From NCBI RefSeq assembly GCF_001194135.2, contig NC_068989.1:67119589-67183588 (forward strand): a stretch of 64,000 bases of DNA. Direction: 5' to 3'. Within the stretch, counting starts at the first letter, position 1. The number at the start of each line of letters is the position of its first letter. The DNA comes from Octopus bimaculoides. Taxonomy: Eukaryota. Under the pieces are notes generated by a model. The model saw only the letters and a program-made list of their open reading frames with translations. It was not told where the DNA came from and did not search any database. Both the position numbers and the translations under genes were made by a program. This document shows positions 37,290 through 50,012 of the stretch, in pieces.

Positions 37290-38268
37290 GTAAGTGAATT
37301 ATTTTCCTTTTTTTTTTAATCAGTAAAGGTGCATGACCTGGTAGTTTGGGTGTTGCATTCACAGTATTAAGATTGTGGTTTCAGTTCCTAGACTGGCTGG
37401 CATGTTGAGTTCTTGAGCAAAAGGTTTCCTATAACTTTGCATCAGTCCACTCAGCTGTAAATGACTCTCAGTAACAGCTGGGAAGTTAACCTTGCAATAG
37501 ACTGGCATTCTGTGCTGGAGTTGTAATCCTAGTCATTTATACATCATGAAAACCAAATTGAGTTCTGGCCTTTGCGAATCTTAGGCACATGACTACTAGG
37601 CTAAGTCTACTTAATTAGTTTCTTCATCATCATCATCGTCATCATTTAGCATCTATTTTCCATGCTAACATGGGTAAGACAGCTTGACTGGAGCTGGTAA
37701 ACTGGAGAGCTGCACTGGGCTTCAACCTGTTTTGACTTGGTTTCTACAGCTAGATGCCCTTCCTAATGCTAACCACACCACAGATTGTACTGAGTGCCTT
37801 TTATGTGTCACCAGCACGGGTGCCTTCTACGTGCCACTGGCATCGGTGCCTTTTAGGTGTCACCAGCACGGCTGCCTTTTATGTGTTTATGGCATGGGTA
37901 CCTTTTATGTGCCACCAGCACTAGCCACAACTACAATTAGCTTCACATGTCTTCTCAAGCACAGCAAGTCGCATGAAATATCAATGTGAATATAAACTAC
38001 GCAGATTAACAAAACAGTTGTCTTTACATGCAACCACCGATTTAACATTGTGATATCAATGACTGATCCTCATTTTACGTAAAATAGTAGCTGAACGGAG
38101 AATATAAAGGGACGTAACTCTAGTATTTTGTGCTTTATTTATTCCGCCATCCACCGTCCTATTTATACATTATAGAGCTTTTTGATTTCTATTTTATTTA
38201 TATATTATAATGAAAATAATGTGCATTTCATCCAAAACTTTACGATGTAATTCTCTTTATTATTTCAG

Positions 38269-38337
38269 TTGTGAAGACCACAGTCCTCTTGGCTGACATT
38301 AACGACTTCCAAGCAGTTAATGAAATCTACTCAAAAT
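38269..38337 (+). CDS. RIDA: RidA exon 4
   Basis: tatttcag|TT ... T|gtaagt; VKTTVLLADINDFQAVNEIYSK. Confidence 0.96.
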
Positions 38338-39360
38338 GTAAGTATATCAAAGACTCTTCTACTGTTTTAAACCAGTGGTTATTAATATGGGTGGTAGCAC
38401 CTCTTCGAGGGTATAGTAAGCTGACAAGGAGGTAACAAATGTCAAGGGATGTATTGGCTGTGAGTTTTCTTAAAAATAAAATATATAAACCAGGTGCAAT
38501 TCATTGTCATCAACAAAATTTAACATCTGTTTTCCATGCCAGCATGGGTTGGACAGGAAACTAGCAAGGTCGTGGGCCGCACCAGGTTCCATAGTCTGTT
38601 TTGGCTTGGTTTCTACGGTTGGATGCTCTTTCTAACATCAACCACTCCACAGAGTGTACTGGGTGCTTTTTATGTGGCACCAGCACCAGTGCTTTTTTCA
38701 TGGGACCAGCACCTACACCAATGCTCTTTATGCAGCGCCTTGGTTTTAGGGTTCCAATTCTGTTGCGGTGGGCAGGTCTTCTCAAGTGCAGCTATGCACC
38801 ACATATCTCAGTCTCCCGTCATCTCCTTTTTAAGGTTCAGTGTTTTGAGACTGGCCTTCAATACTTCGTCCTATATCTTCCTGGGTCTCCCTCTTTCACA
38901 ACTTCCCTCTACTGGCTTTCTTTAATAATTTCCATGAAAATTTAATATAAAAGATATTTATTCCATGCAGATATCTAAAAAGAAGAACATACTATTATAC
39001 TATAAGAAAATATAGATTGTAAGGCACAGTGCAAAATTAACATCTGCTTGATTAACATAATTTGTTGGGATTTTTTCTTGGGGGTACAAACAATGGAAAG
39101 GGTTACTTGTGAAATGCCATTGAATGAGAGAGGGCACTGAACTACAGAAAGTTGAGAACTACTGTTTTAGACTATGGCAGCCAAAAGAGTCATCAAGTCA
39201 AATCTCAGTTATTGTGTTGTGTTATGTTCCTGCTCCAATACTTAATTCATGCTACTTTAGCAGGGCTTGCGGGGACGAAATCCCTGCTACTGGTGTTGGG
39301 GGAAAATGTGGGGAGGTGAATAAGAGATACTACAATACTGTTATGAAATTTCTGTTTTAG

Positions 39361-39419
39361 ATTTTGCTGGAACTGACTTTCCTGCCAGAGCAGCTTATCA
39401 AGTTGGTAATTTACCAAAG
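39361..39419 (+). CDS. RIDA: RidA exon 5 (catalytic Arg)
   Basis: ctgttttag|AT ... aag|gtaaat; (Y)FAGTDFPARAAYQVGNLPK with the PAR motif. Confidence 0.96.
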
Positions 39420-41116
39420 GTAAATTTTTGATTTTTATTTGAAATTGATACCTGGAGAGATTATTATTCTTTTAAATTCTTGTCTATATTTAATTGTAAT
39501 TAAAATAACACCCAGAATCCATGGAATCTTTACACTGCTTTGCAACCAATGCTGGTGTGTTTACATTCCTGTAACTTAGCAGTTTGGCAAAAAAACACCA
39601 ATAGAATAAGTACCAGGCTGGGGTTGATTCATTCAACTAAAATTCTTCAAGGTGGTACCCCAGCATGGCCACAGTCTAATGTCTGAAACAAGTAAAAGAT
39701 AAAAGATTTAAAAGTAGGATGTGATTCAAAGGATAATTGATTACTATTTCTTACAATTCAAATGACCATAGCAAGACTTCTGCATCCATTCATCAGATAA
39801 TGTTATGGTTGATGGGACATCATTCATTAGCTCAGTTAATCCAGTATAAACTGATTTGTAGCAGGCAGTAGCTGAAATAGAGCAGATGTAAGCTGGGTCA
39901 CAGCTGCATATATTTAAAGTATGTTAGTTATCTGTGGAATAGATGTTAGCTAGGACACGACTTTAACTCTATTTAGCTCTAAGTCTTAAATTAGCACTGT
40001 AAAATGCAGTCACCAGTATAAAAGATAATATTGATAGTAGTTATATGATCAGTAGTACTAAACAAATATTTCCCTGGTTGTGGATTCTAATGTAAATAAT
40101 TGGCTGGAATGTTACTGGCACTCCTAACCACAATCTTAGTGAATAAAAATTCTTTTCTGCACAAGGCACAAAATTTTGGGGGAAGGGGCCAGTTGATTAT
40201 ATCCACCTCCAGTATGCAACTGGTACTTAATTTATTGACCCTGAAAGGATGAAAGGCAAAGTCAACCTCGGCAGAATATGAATCCAGAACATTAAAGACA
40301 GGTGAAATACCGCTAAGCATTTCACCCGGTGTGCTAATGCTTCTGCCAGCTTGCTACCTTCTTAGTGAATAAATATTCATCATCATCATCGTTTAACGTC
40401 CGCTTTCCATGCTAGCATGGGTTGGACGATTTGACTGAGGGCTGGTGAACCAGATGGCTACACCAGGCTCCAATCTGATTTGGCAGAGTTTCTACAGCTG
40501 GATGCCTTCCTAACGCCAACCACTCCGAGAGTGTAGTGGGTGCTTTTACGTGCCACGGGCATGAAGGCCAGTCAGGTGGTACTGGCAACGGCCACACTCA
40601 AAACGGTGTATTTTACGTGCCACCTGCACAGGAGCCAGTCCAGCGGCACTGGCAACGATCTTGGTCGAATGTCTTTACACGTGCCAGGAAAGCAAATATT
40701 AAATATATTAAAGCAAGACATAATGATAGCTAAAAGAATATTTTAAAAAAGTACAAAAATCATAGAATTTCCTACATGTACAAAAAAAAAAAATATGCTT
40801 GAACTTGTTAAATATCTCAATCAATAGCAAAGACCATTGATTATTGAATATAACGTTTGATCTGCATCACGTTTGTTTGTTTTTTTAGGTGCAGATGTGG
40901 CTGTGTGGTAAGAAGCTTGGTTCCTAACTACATAGTTCCAAGTCCAGTCCCACTGCATGGCTCCTTGGCAAGTGTCTTTTACTATAGCCTTGGGCTGACC
41001 AAAGCCTTGTGAGTGGNNNNNNNNNNNNNNNNNNNNNNNNNNNNNNNNNNNNNNNNNNNNNNNNNNNNNNNNNNNNNNNNNNNNNNNNNNNNNNNNNNNN
41101 NNNNNNNNNNNNNNNN

Positions 41117-42101
41117 ACAAAGTTTGAATTGTTTCTAAAGGAATTTTTCTCCATTCTTCAGCTAAAGCACTCTCCAATTCTTGTTGTGATGATGGTGGAG
41201 GATATCAACTCCTTACTTGTGTGGATTGGTGCATTATCATCCTGAAAGATTGCATTTCCCTCCAGAAGTAGTTCTGCAACCATAAGATGAATTTGATCAG
41301 ATAAATTGCTTAAATAGTCTTGACTATTAATTCTGCCATGAAGGGAAACCATTGGGCTGGCAGATTTCCAATTTCCAAGATATAGTCCCCCAAATCATCA
41401 CAGATCCTCCTTCATGTTTAACAGTTGGAAGAAGGCAGTCTGGGTCAAATGCTTATTTTGGTTGTCTCTGCATGTATACTTAGCCGGTGGTCAGAAATAA
41501 GGTAAAGGATGATGATGATGACTCGTCCAAGAAAATAACATTCTTCCACTGCTTTAGGGACCAATTCTGTAGGTTTTTACTTCACTCTAAACACTTTGCA
41601 ACGTTTGTTTTTGAAAGTAGTGGTTTTCTGATTGTAGCACTCCCGTGAAATCCAGCTTTGTGCAGCTTCCAGCAAACAGTTTTTGTGGAAACTGGGTTCT
41701 TGGGGTGGTCATTAAGCTCTGCAGTAATTTTGGGAGCTTTCCGACAGTCCCTATCTGAAAGTTTTGTTTCGACGCGGAGGTTTATCCCTCTTTCTCGAAG
41801 GCTGTCATTACTTTCGAGACAGTACTTCTTGATACACCAAACATTTCAGCTGTTTTCGTTAGGCTAGTGCCTGCCATACGAGCACCAACAATTTGACCTC
41901 TTTCAAAGTACAATAGATCTGTCATTTTAATGAATTTTAATTACCTTTTTCTGATGATATCTGAAAAGAAACAGCAATTTTAACAAAACATATTAAGCAA
42001 CACTAATAATAAATCAAAAAACATAAAAATAAACAAGCTTTTGACTGTTTTATAGATATTTCAAAATTATGATGCTATGATGCTATTTTGTCCAACCCCT
42101 G
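41117..42101 (-). mobile_element. Degraded Tc1 transposon (DD34E type)
   Basis: TIR cagggg ttggacaaaata at 42101; MTDLLYFERGQIVGARMAGTSLTKTAEMFGVSRSTVSKVM and IFQDDNAPIH; runs into an N gap. Confidence 0.85.
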
Positions 42102-43186
42102 TGTGTATATATATATATTATTTATTTACATACACACACACACACGTGTGTATGTGTCTTCGTGTTTGTCCCCACCACCACTTGACAACTAGTGTTGGTG
42201 TATTTATGTCCCCATAATTTAGTAGTTTGACAAAAACATTAAGCACCGGGGTCAACTCATTCAACTAAAAGGTTTTGAAGGCGGTGCCCCAGCATGGCTG
42301 CAGTCTAATGACTGAAACAAGAAAAAGATAAAAGCACAAGATCAATCTTTGTAAAGGTCGTTGTTGCAGTCATTTGAATCAATGCCTGTATATTACGGAT
42401 ATTTAGTCAGTCTAGCGCTGTCCCAAACCAAGTTGCCTCTTATGTAGTCACTTGTCCTTTTTTAGAAATGACAGTAAATCTCATAGATCGCACATTCCAT
42501 CGTCTTAACAAAGGACACATTGGATAATGTAATTATGTAGTCCTTGGTTCACTATGCTGTGTGTGTGTGTGTGTGTGAGAGAGAGACGGACGGATGATGG
42601 TCTCCATTGAATTACCTTTGATCAAAGGTCTGCTCAATCAGGGCTGACCCAGGGTTGAACAACAGTGAGGTAATATGTGGTGGAGTATGGTAGGGAAAAG
42701 GGAAAAGGGAAGGGATTGGTGACGGTAGTGGGAGGGGTTATTGAAAAGAAAGGGACAGGGAGAAACAGTGGGTGAGGGTAGTGGGAGAAGGAAAGGCTAA
42801 AGGGCATCCTCCTGTTTATTGATGGAACAGGTTTATGTAACGTGTTTGTTGCTCGCTGGACTTGTTATGGCAGTGAGAGGGAGAGAGTAAGGGAGAATCT
42901 ACGTATTTCAGGGGAGAGAATCACTTCTTATTTTTTTTTACTTCTAAGTTTTTAAGTTGGAATTCTTTTATTCTTTTACTCGTTGAAGTCATTTGACTGC
43001 GGCCATGCTGGAGCATCGCTTTGAAGTGTTTTTGTCGAACAATTCAACGCCAGGACTTATTTTTAAGCCTAGTACTTATTTTATTGGTCTCTTTGACAAA
43101 CTGCTAAGTTACGGGGGCATATATACACACTAACACCAGTTGTCAAGTGATGATGGTGGGGTGAACAAACACAAACACAGACACAA

Positions 43187-43223
<37 letters not shown>

Positions 43224-43861
43224 TACATGCATGACAGGCTTTCATTTTCCGTCTACCAAATCCACTCAAAAGGCTTTGGTCAGCCCAAGGATATAGTAGA
43301 AGACACTTGCCCAAGGTACTACACAGTGGGACTGAACCTGGAACCATGTGGCTGGGAAGCAAGCTTCTTAAAACAGCCATCCCTGCGCCTGGTTTGGTTT
43401 TTTTTTTCTCTTTATGGAAGGCATGAAAAGGGAAAAGCAGCCATGTTTTTTCATAAGATCTTTTATTATTACCAAAATATCTATGTATGGTTCCATTTTG
43501 GCTTTATTAGATTTATATAATATTGTTGTATTTTAGAATAGTCATTTTACCTATAAAAATACACACTTGTTTTACTTCTATATTATTATTATTATGAGAC
43601 AACTAGTTAATTAATTAACCAATTAACTAAATTGGTTGATTGATTAACTCATTCAATCAGTTTGTCAGTCTTTTCTTTGCCTTTAGCACCCTCATCAGCA
43701 GTTTGCCTTCTTGTGCCAAAGATATATAAAGCCCTTTAAAAACCATCTGTTAATATTTAGTCAGTGCTGTATCTAATTTTCCTTTGCTAACTCTAGTAAT
43801 TGAATCTTAGGGTAATTTTTTTTTCTTCTTTATTCTCTGTTTGCTTTCTTTTTTATTACAG

Positions 43862-43915
43862 CTTGCACGTGTTGAGATAGAGGCTATCGCTGTGTTAGCT
43901 AACAGTCAGTTGTAA
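43862..43915 (+). CDS. RIDA: RidA exon 6 (stop)
   Basis: Long pyrimidine tract ending ttattacag|CTT; LARVEIEAIAVLANSQL-TAA. Joined CDS is 408 nt (135 aa) with all phases consistent. Confidence 0.96.
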   Translation, partial: LARVEIEAIAVLANSQL

Positions 43916-43976
43916 CCTGGTGCTAATTACCTGAAACTAAAATATTCACAGAGATTTCATACAATAGTTTTGATAT

Positions 43977-43982
43977 AATAAA
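43977..43982 (+). terminator. Candidate RIDA polyadenylation signal
   Basis: AATAAA about 60 nt after the stop, followed by GT-rich ttgtgtgttattgtt at ~44005. Confidence 0.6.
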
Positions 43983-44089
43983 CTTACAAAGAAATTCTAT
44001 AAAATTGTGTGTTATTGTTATTTCTTAAAATGTGGGGAAAAAAACAAACATATGTATAATTTATTCTATCAAAGGTGCCACTGAAAATA

Positions 44090-44395
44090 TACTGATGGTC
44101 AACTAGCTGGACCATGTCACAAATGAAGAGATTCTGAAAGCAACAAGGTCAGAGTCACTGCAAGAGATTGTATCAGTACCAGTTTCGCCTAACTGGCCAG
44201 GTACTCACAAACAGCCATGATTTGGGTACCAACTGATGGCAAGGCAGATATCACTCCACAGTAGACATTTCAAGAAGATCTGAAGACAGTCAACATTACA
44301 TCGAATGAATGTACAAGAGTAGCAGCCAACTGAACCTGGAGGAGGAAGCTTGCCACCCAAAGTGCTGAGCTGTGCAGCAAACCTAAAGCTAAAAT
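44090..44395 (+). mobile_element. RTE-like LINE 3' fragment
   Basis: Broken frames: SWLDHVTNEEILKAT, AMIWVPTDGK, FQEDLK, WRRK, typical of RTE ORF C-termini; followed by (CATA)n. Confidence 0.6.
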
Positions 44396-47163
44396 ACATA
44401 CATACATACATACATACATACATACATACATAGGTGCAGGCGTGGGTGTGTGATTAGAAGCTTGCTTCCCAACCACACGGTTCAGAATTCAGTCCCACTA
44501 CATGGCACCTTGGGCAAGTGTCTTCTACTATAGCCTCGGGCCGACCAAAGCCTTGTAAGTGGATTTGGTAGACGGAAACTAAAAGAAGCCCGTCGTATAT
44601 ATATATGTGTATGTGTGTATATGTATGCATGTGTATATATGTGTGTCTCTGTCCCCTCACCATTGCTTGACAACCAATGTTGGTATGTTTACATCCCTGT
44701 AACTTAGCGGTTCAGTAAAAGAGATCAATACAATAAGTACCAGGCTTACAAAGAATAAGTCCAAGGATCGATTTCTTCGACTAAAAGGCGGTGCTCCAGC
44801 ATTGCCACAGTCAAAATGACTGAAACAAGTAAAAGAATAAAAGAATCTATATGTAGATATAATATATTTTCTAAAGAAAAGTAAAGTTCTTTCCTGAGTC
44901 ATATAGATTCCTTGGGCCAGTTTCCCTGGCTTATATACTCCCCACCTGGACTGGACGCCAGTCCATCATAGGATTATTCATTTTTACCAGATGAATGATT
45001 AGAAGCAAAGTGAAATGAAGTGTTTTGCTCAAGAACACAACACATCGCCTGATCCAGGAATCAAAACCACAGTCTTACAATCATGAGCCCAACACCCTAA
45101 CCACTAAGCCATGTACCTCTACAATAAATATATATATATATATATATATANNNNNNNNNNNNNNNNNNNNNNNNNNNNNNNNNNNNNNNNNNNNNNNNNN
45201 NNNNNNNNNNNNNNNNNNNNNNNNNNNNNNNNNNNNNNNNNNNNNNNNNNNNNNNNNNNNNNNNNNNNNNNNNNNNNNNNNNNNNNNNNNNNNNNNNNNN
45301 NNNNNNNNNNNNNNNNNNNNNNNNNNNNNNNNNNNNNNNNNNNNNNNNNNNNNNNNNNNNNNNNNNNNNNNNNNNNNNNNNNNNNNNNNNNNNNNNNNNN
45401 NNNNNNNNNNNNNNNNNNNNNNNNNNNNNNNNNNNNNNNNNNNNNNNNNNNNNNNNNNNNNNNNNNNNNNNNNNNNNNNNNNNNNNNNNNNNNNNNNNNN
45501 NNNNNNNNNNNNNNNNNNNNNNNNNNNNNNNNNNNNNNNNNNNNNNNNNNNNNNNNNNNNNNNNNNNNNNNNNNNNNNNNNNNNNNNNNNNNNNNNNNNN
45601 NNNNNNNNNNNNNNNNNNNNNNNNNNNNNNNNNNNNNNNNNNNNNNNNNNNNNNNNNNNNNNNNNNNNNNNNNNNNNNNNNNNNNNNNNNNNNNNNNNNN
45701 NNNNNNNNNNNNNNNNNNNNNNNNNNNNNNNNNNNNNNNNNNNNNNNNNNNNNNNNNNNNNNNNNNNNNNNNNNNNNNNNNNNNNNNNNNNNNNNNNNNN
45801 NNNNNNNNNNNNNNNNNNNNNNNNNNNNNNNNNNNNNNNNNNNNNNNNNNNNNNNNNNNNNNNNNNATGAGATGCACCATTTTGAGCATGGCTGTTGCCA
45901 GTACCGCCTGACTGGCTCCCGTAGGATTTTCGAGCGAGATCGTTGCCAGTGCCCCTGGACTGGCTTGTGCGGGTGGCACATAAAAGACACCATTTCGAGC
46001 ATGGCCGTTTTCGTGCGGGTGACACGTAAAAGCACCCACTACACTCTCTGAGTGGTTGGCGTTAGGAAGGGCATCCAGCTGTAGAAACTCTGCCAAATTA
46101 GATTGGAGCCTGGTGTTGCCATCCGGTTTCACCAGTCCTCAGTCAAATCGTCCAACCCATGCTAGCATGGAAAGCGGACGTTAAACGATGATGATGATAT
46201 ATACACACACACACATATTATATAGTGTAAACAGATAGCGGTTGTAATAACCGACTAAGGGATAAAAAATCCATATGTACTATTGGTATCCCTTACCCGT
46301 ATTATCCCCGGGCATTGGTGTGCAGGCACACTCTGCTCATAGAGTGCAGGTAACAACAGGATAAACAAGAGTTTATCAGGATTTGTATTTATTTATATTT
46401 ATATATACACACACACGTATAAAAAAAGTTCTTTCTAGCATAAACTGTTCCCCAATGATCCATAGTGATTATGCATCCAATTACACTTGTTGCATACGAT
46501 GCAGGATTCCAAACAATCACAAAGGTGAAACATATGTAGGAACAAATGACATAAACCTGTGTTTATTATAATTTCTCCTACATTTGCTTTGTATATCATA
46601 ACTAGTAATATTATTAAGTATAGTTGTTACTTAATCATTATACTGGATCAGGATAATCTATGTGGAACTCTAAACTCAACAGTAGCAGTGGTACATCATT
46701 TTGTACATGTAACATACTAGTATATTTGATAGACTCTCCTGTCAAAGGTAACATGAGTGTCCAGTGAGAATACAAACAAAAAAAAAATCCAACCAGGAAT
46801 CATGTAATAACAGCAGAAACTGAAAAACAAACAAGCTGGTTTTGCCAGAAAACTATACCGATATACAAATAGTCAATTAACAATTTAATCACACTACTAT
46901 CACTACTATTCACCAATGTTTGCAGTTATATCACTTCACCTGGAGACTTCTCATGAACATGACTTATTAAACCAGCATGTAACCTAATTGAAAAATCACA
47001 ATGTGTACAATGGAGGTTTGTTAGAAGACTTATTCTGTTGGTCTATTTTCCTGTTACTGATCTTGATGAAACACACTTCAGGTTTGGAAATTTTGAAACT
47101 GGAGAACACACTCCTCCAGTCTGTGTATGTGTGTACATACACACACACATATGTATGACTGTG

Positions 47164-47198
<35 letters not shown>

Positions 47199-48675
47199 GC
47201 ATGTACACATATATACATATATGTATGTATATGTGTGTGAGTTTGTATTTCTCTTGTTTTCGTGTGTGTTCATTGGTTTGTAAGCAATGTATGTCTTCAC
47301 TGACTGAAGTTTGCTTGCTGTCCAGCACAAAAGCACATCCTCACTTCTTGACATGTTGGGCTATCTTTGTAAACAAAAAGCTCCTTAATATGGTGCCATT
47401 TGTTTCCATTTCTCTGCATAAAACCTGTCTGGGTTACTTATTGTTTGATACACTGGCAGATCATTACCTTGCTCAGAAACAATTGGAAGTCGGTGACAAT
47501 ATAGGCATTTGGCCTTAGAAAATTCTGCCTCAATGTACACTCATCTAACCTGTACAAGCATGGAAAAGTAGACATTAAAATGATGATGGTGATGAATTCA
47601 GCTGCTGTGTGGATCTAATATAACCGTCCATACAGATTTATAAACCAAATAACTCCCTTCAAGGAATGTTAATCTATGAAAATAAGTTTCTTGGTACAGT
47701 AATAATTGTGACTAACTAAGATAAATAACATGGTAGTTAATTATATTACACTGTGTAACATTTTTTTTTTGTTTGTTTTGTCTTTGTTATTTCTTATTTG
47801 CTTCTATCTGGAAATCAAAGGAAATGATTGCTATTTCCTTTAAACTTTGCTTTTGTGACCTAGACATCAATGTTTTGAAACTAACCTATTTTCCAATACA
47901 TTTCAGACAGACTCAGCACTGAGTTGCTGAAGCAGAAATATCATTACAGCAAATATTCTGCTCAGTACCACAGATTTGCTTGTCAGTTGCATGACCTTAA
48001 CCACTTGAGCATATCCCTTAGTGGCTGACAATGTGTATCTCTGATCATGAGCAGGAGTTGTGAGGGAGCATCATAATCATATGTTGAGAGGGATTCTTTG
48101 GTGTTTGAATAAATGTGGACTCCCCATTTGTAAATGATAGATGAGGGTTTAGCAATTTCTTGCCAAGCAACCTGTACAGATGATTTATTTATAGTCATCA
48201 AATGTTTGTGCTGTACATGATCTCACTCCCCTTCCATCATGTCAGCATTGATTGTACAGGGGTAACAGTGTGCCACACATCAGATGTCAAAATGATTGCT
48301 GGCATGGATTTTCAGCCAGTTGTTGTCTGTAAACTGATTCCTTAGGTTAGGAAACACCTTATTCATTAATTCCTTTAAATCAGATACCATATGTCCAAAA
48401 GGCCAGCTTACCTGGAAGGAAAATGAATGGGTTATTTCCTTTGGCTCTCAAAGGAAAATATATTGATTATATATGTAGACCCCTTCTAGGGGCCCTGGCC
48501 ATCCCATTATAAATTTTTATTAAACTTCATTGAGCATAGTAACAAACTGGATGTTACATGAACATGTTTGCAAAGTTTCACGAAAATGTGTTAATGGCTG
48601 TAAATAGCAGCTTGACACAGACAACTTGCATTTATATATGTATAGATGTGATCTGAGAGATGGAAATGGTGAACC

Positions 48676-48955
48676 GGTTCACCATTACCATCTCTCAAGC
48701 TTGCTGAATCTTCTCGTCAGTGGTGGAGGTTGACAGGTGTCCTGCTCCCTGTCTGTGTGTCAGGCTAATCCAGCCACTTTTAAACTTCTCTGTCCACTCA
48801 TACATACTTCTACATGGTAGTGCACTGTCCCTGTACTGTGCTAAAAGCCTCCAATGAATTTTAGCACCTGACACACCTGATACACCTTCTCACCAGAGAA
48901 ATCAGATCACTGCTCTTTGTTCTTCTTTGGTGCACATTGCTAGTGGAGCAGCCAT
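48676..48955 (-). mobile_element. Degraded mariner transposase N-terminus
   Basis: ATG at 48955: MAAPLAMCTKEEQRAVI*FLW*EGVS..IHWRLLAQY..SMYEWTEKFKSG..GAGHLSTSTTDEKIQQ, a mariner HTH with stops. Confidence 0.85.
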
Positions 48956-49125
48956 GCTTACACTCTAAAGCTAGAAAGAAAAATGGTGCAATCAGACTCA
49001 AACTTCGATCACGTGACCACAATAGTACAAACTATAAACATACATGCACAGAAGTCAGTGTAACAATAATAAAAATATGTTATTGTGAAAGGGCAGATAA
49101 TTTTTGACTTCCCCTCTTATATATA

Positions 49126-49174
<49 letters not shown>

Positions 49175-49278
49175 ATATATATATAGGTGCAGGAGTGACT
49201 GTGTGGTAAGTAGCTTGCTTACCAACTACATGATTCCAGGTTCAGTCCACCTGCGTAGTGGGACCTTGTGCAAGTGTC

Positions 49279-49603
49279 GGATCTATTTCAAAACGGGGGC
49301 ACCAGTTTTCATTTATGTTTCATGTAGTGTTTTTGGTACCGAAAGACTTTCAAACTTCGTATACTTATCTATTTTGTGTTATAGAACAGAAAAAATTTTT
49401 TGTATTCGAATTTATTTCATGTAAAAAATTGTCTTATTTCGATAATTTCTACTAATCACTGACGTCTATTCAGTTGAAAACAGTTAGCGCTGTAACGGTG
49501 TATATCGTATTAATCCCCTAACCCTAACTAGACTGTTAACCCTAACCCTAACTCTAGAATCCGAACTCTAAAATTGTTACGCACATAGATACGCACATAG
49601 ATA
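49279..49603. mobile_element. DNA element with TAACCC repeats inserted in a SINE
   Basis: Starts ggatctatttcaaaac directly after the SINE core caagtgtc; ccctaaccctaac repeats at ~49517-49553; truncated by an N gap. Confidence 0.55.
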
Positions 49604-49970
49604 NNNNNNNNNNNNNNNNNNNNNNNNNNNNNNNNNNNNNNNNNNNNNNNNNNNNNNNNNNNNNNNNNNNNNNNNNNNNNNNNNNNNNNNNNNNNNNNNN
49701 NNNNNNNNNNNNNNNNNNNNNNNNNNNNNNNNNNNNNNNNNNNNNNNNNNNNNNNNNNNNNNNNNNNNNNNNNNNNNNNNNNNNNNNNNNNNNNNNNNNN
49801 NNNNNNNNNNNNNNNNNNNNNNNNNNNNNNNNNNNNNNNNNNNNNNNNNNNNNNNNNNNNNNNNNNNNNNNNNNNNNNNNNNNNNNNNNNNNNNNNNNNN
49901 NNNNNNNNNNNNNNNNNNNNNNNNNNNNNNNNNNNNNNNNNNNNNNNNNNNNNNNNNNNNNNNNNNNNNN

Positions 49971-50012
<42 letters not shown>

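Noticed and set aside
38536-38945. Many 60-130 aa ORFs in the track (e.g. 25123-25380, 38536-38945, 43081-43520, 55724-56062)
   Set aside because: They overlap multi-copy SINEs or microsatellites and show no protein-family motifs.
48406-48424. Minus-strand ttttccttccag|gtaagc resembling a recursive splice site
   Set aside because: It is not inside any intron identified here and lies among transposon remnants; no support without RNA data.
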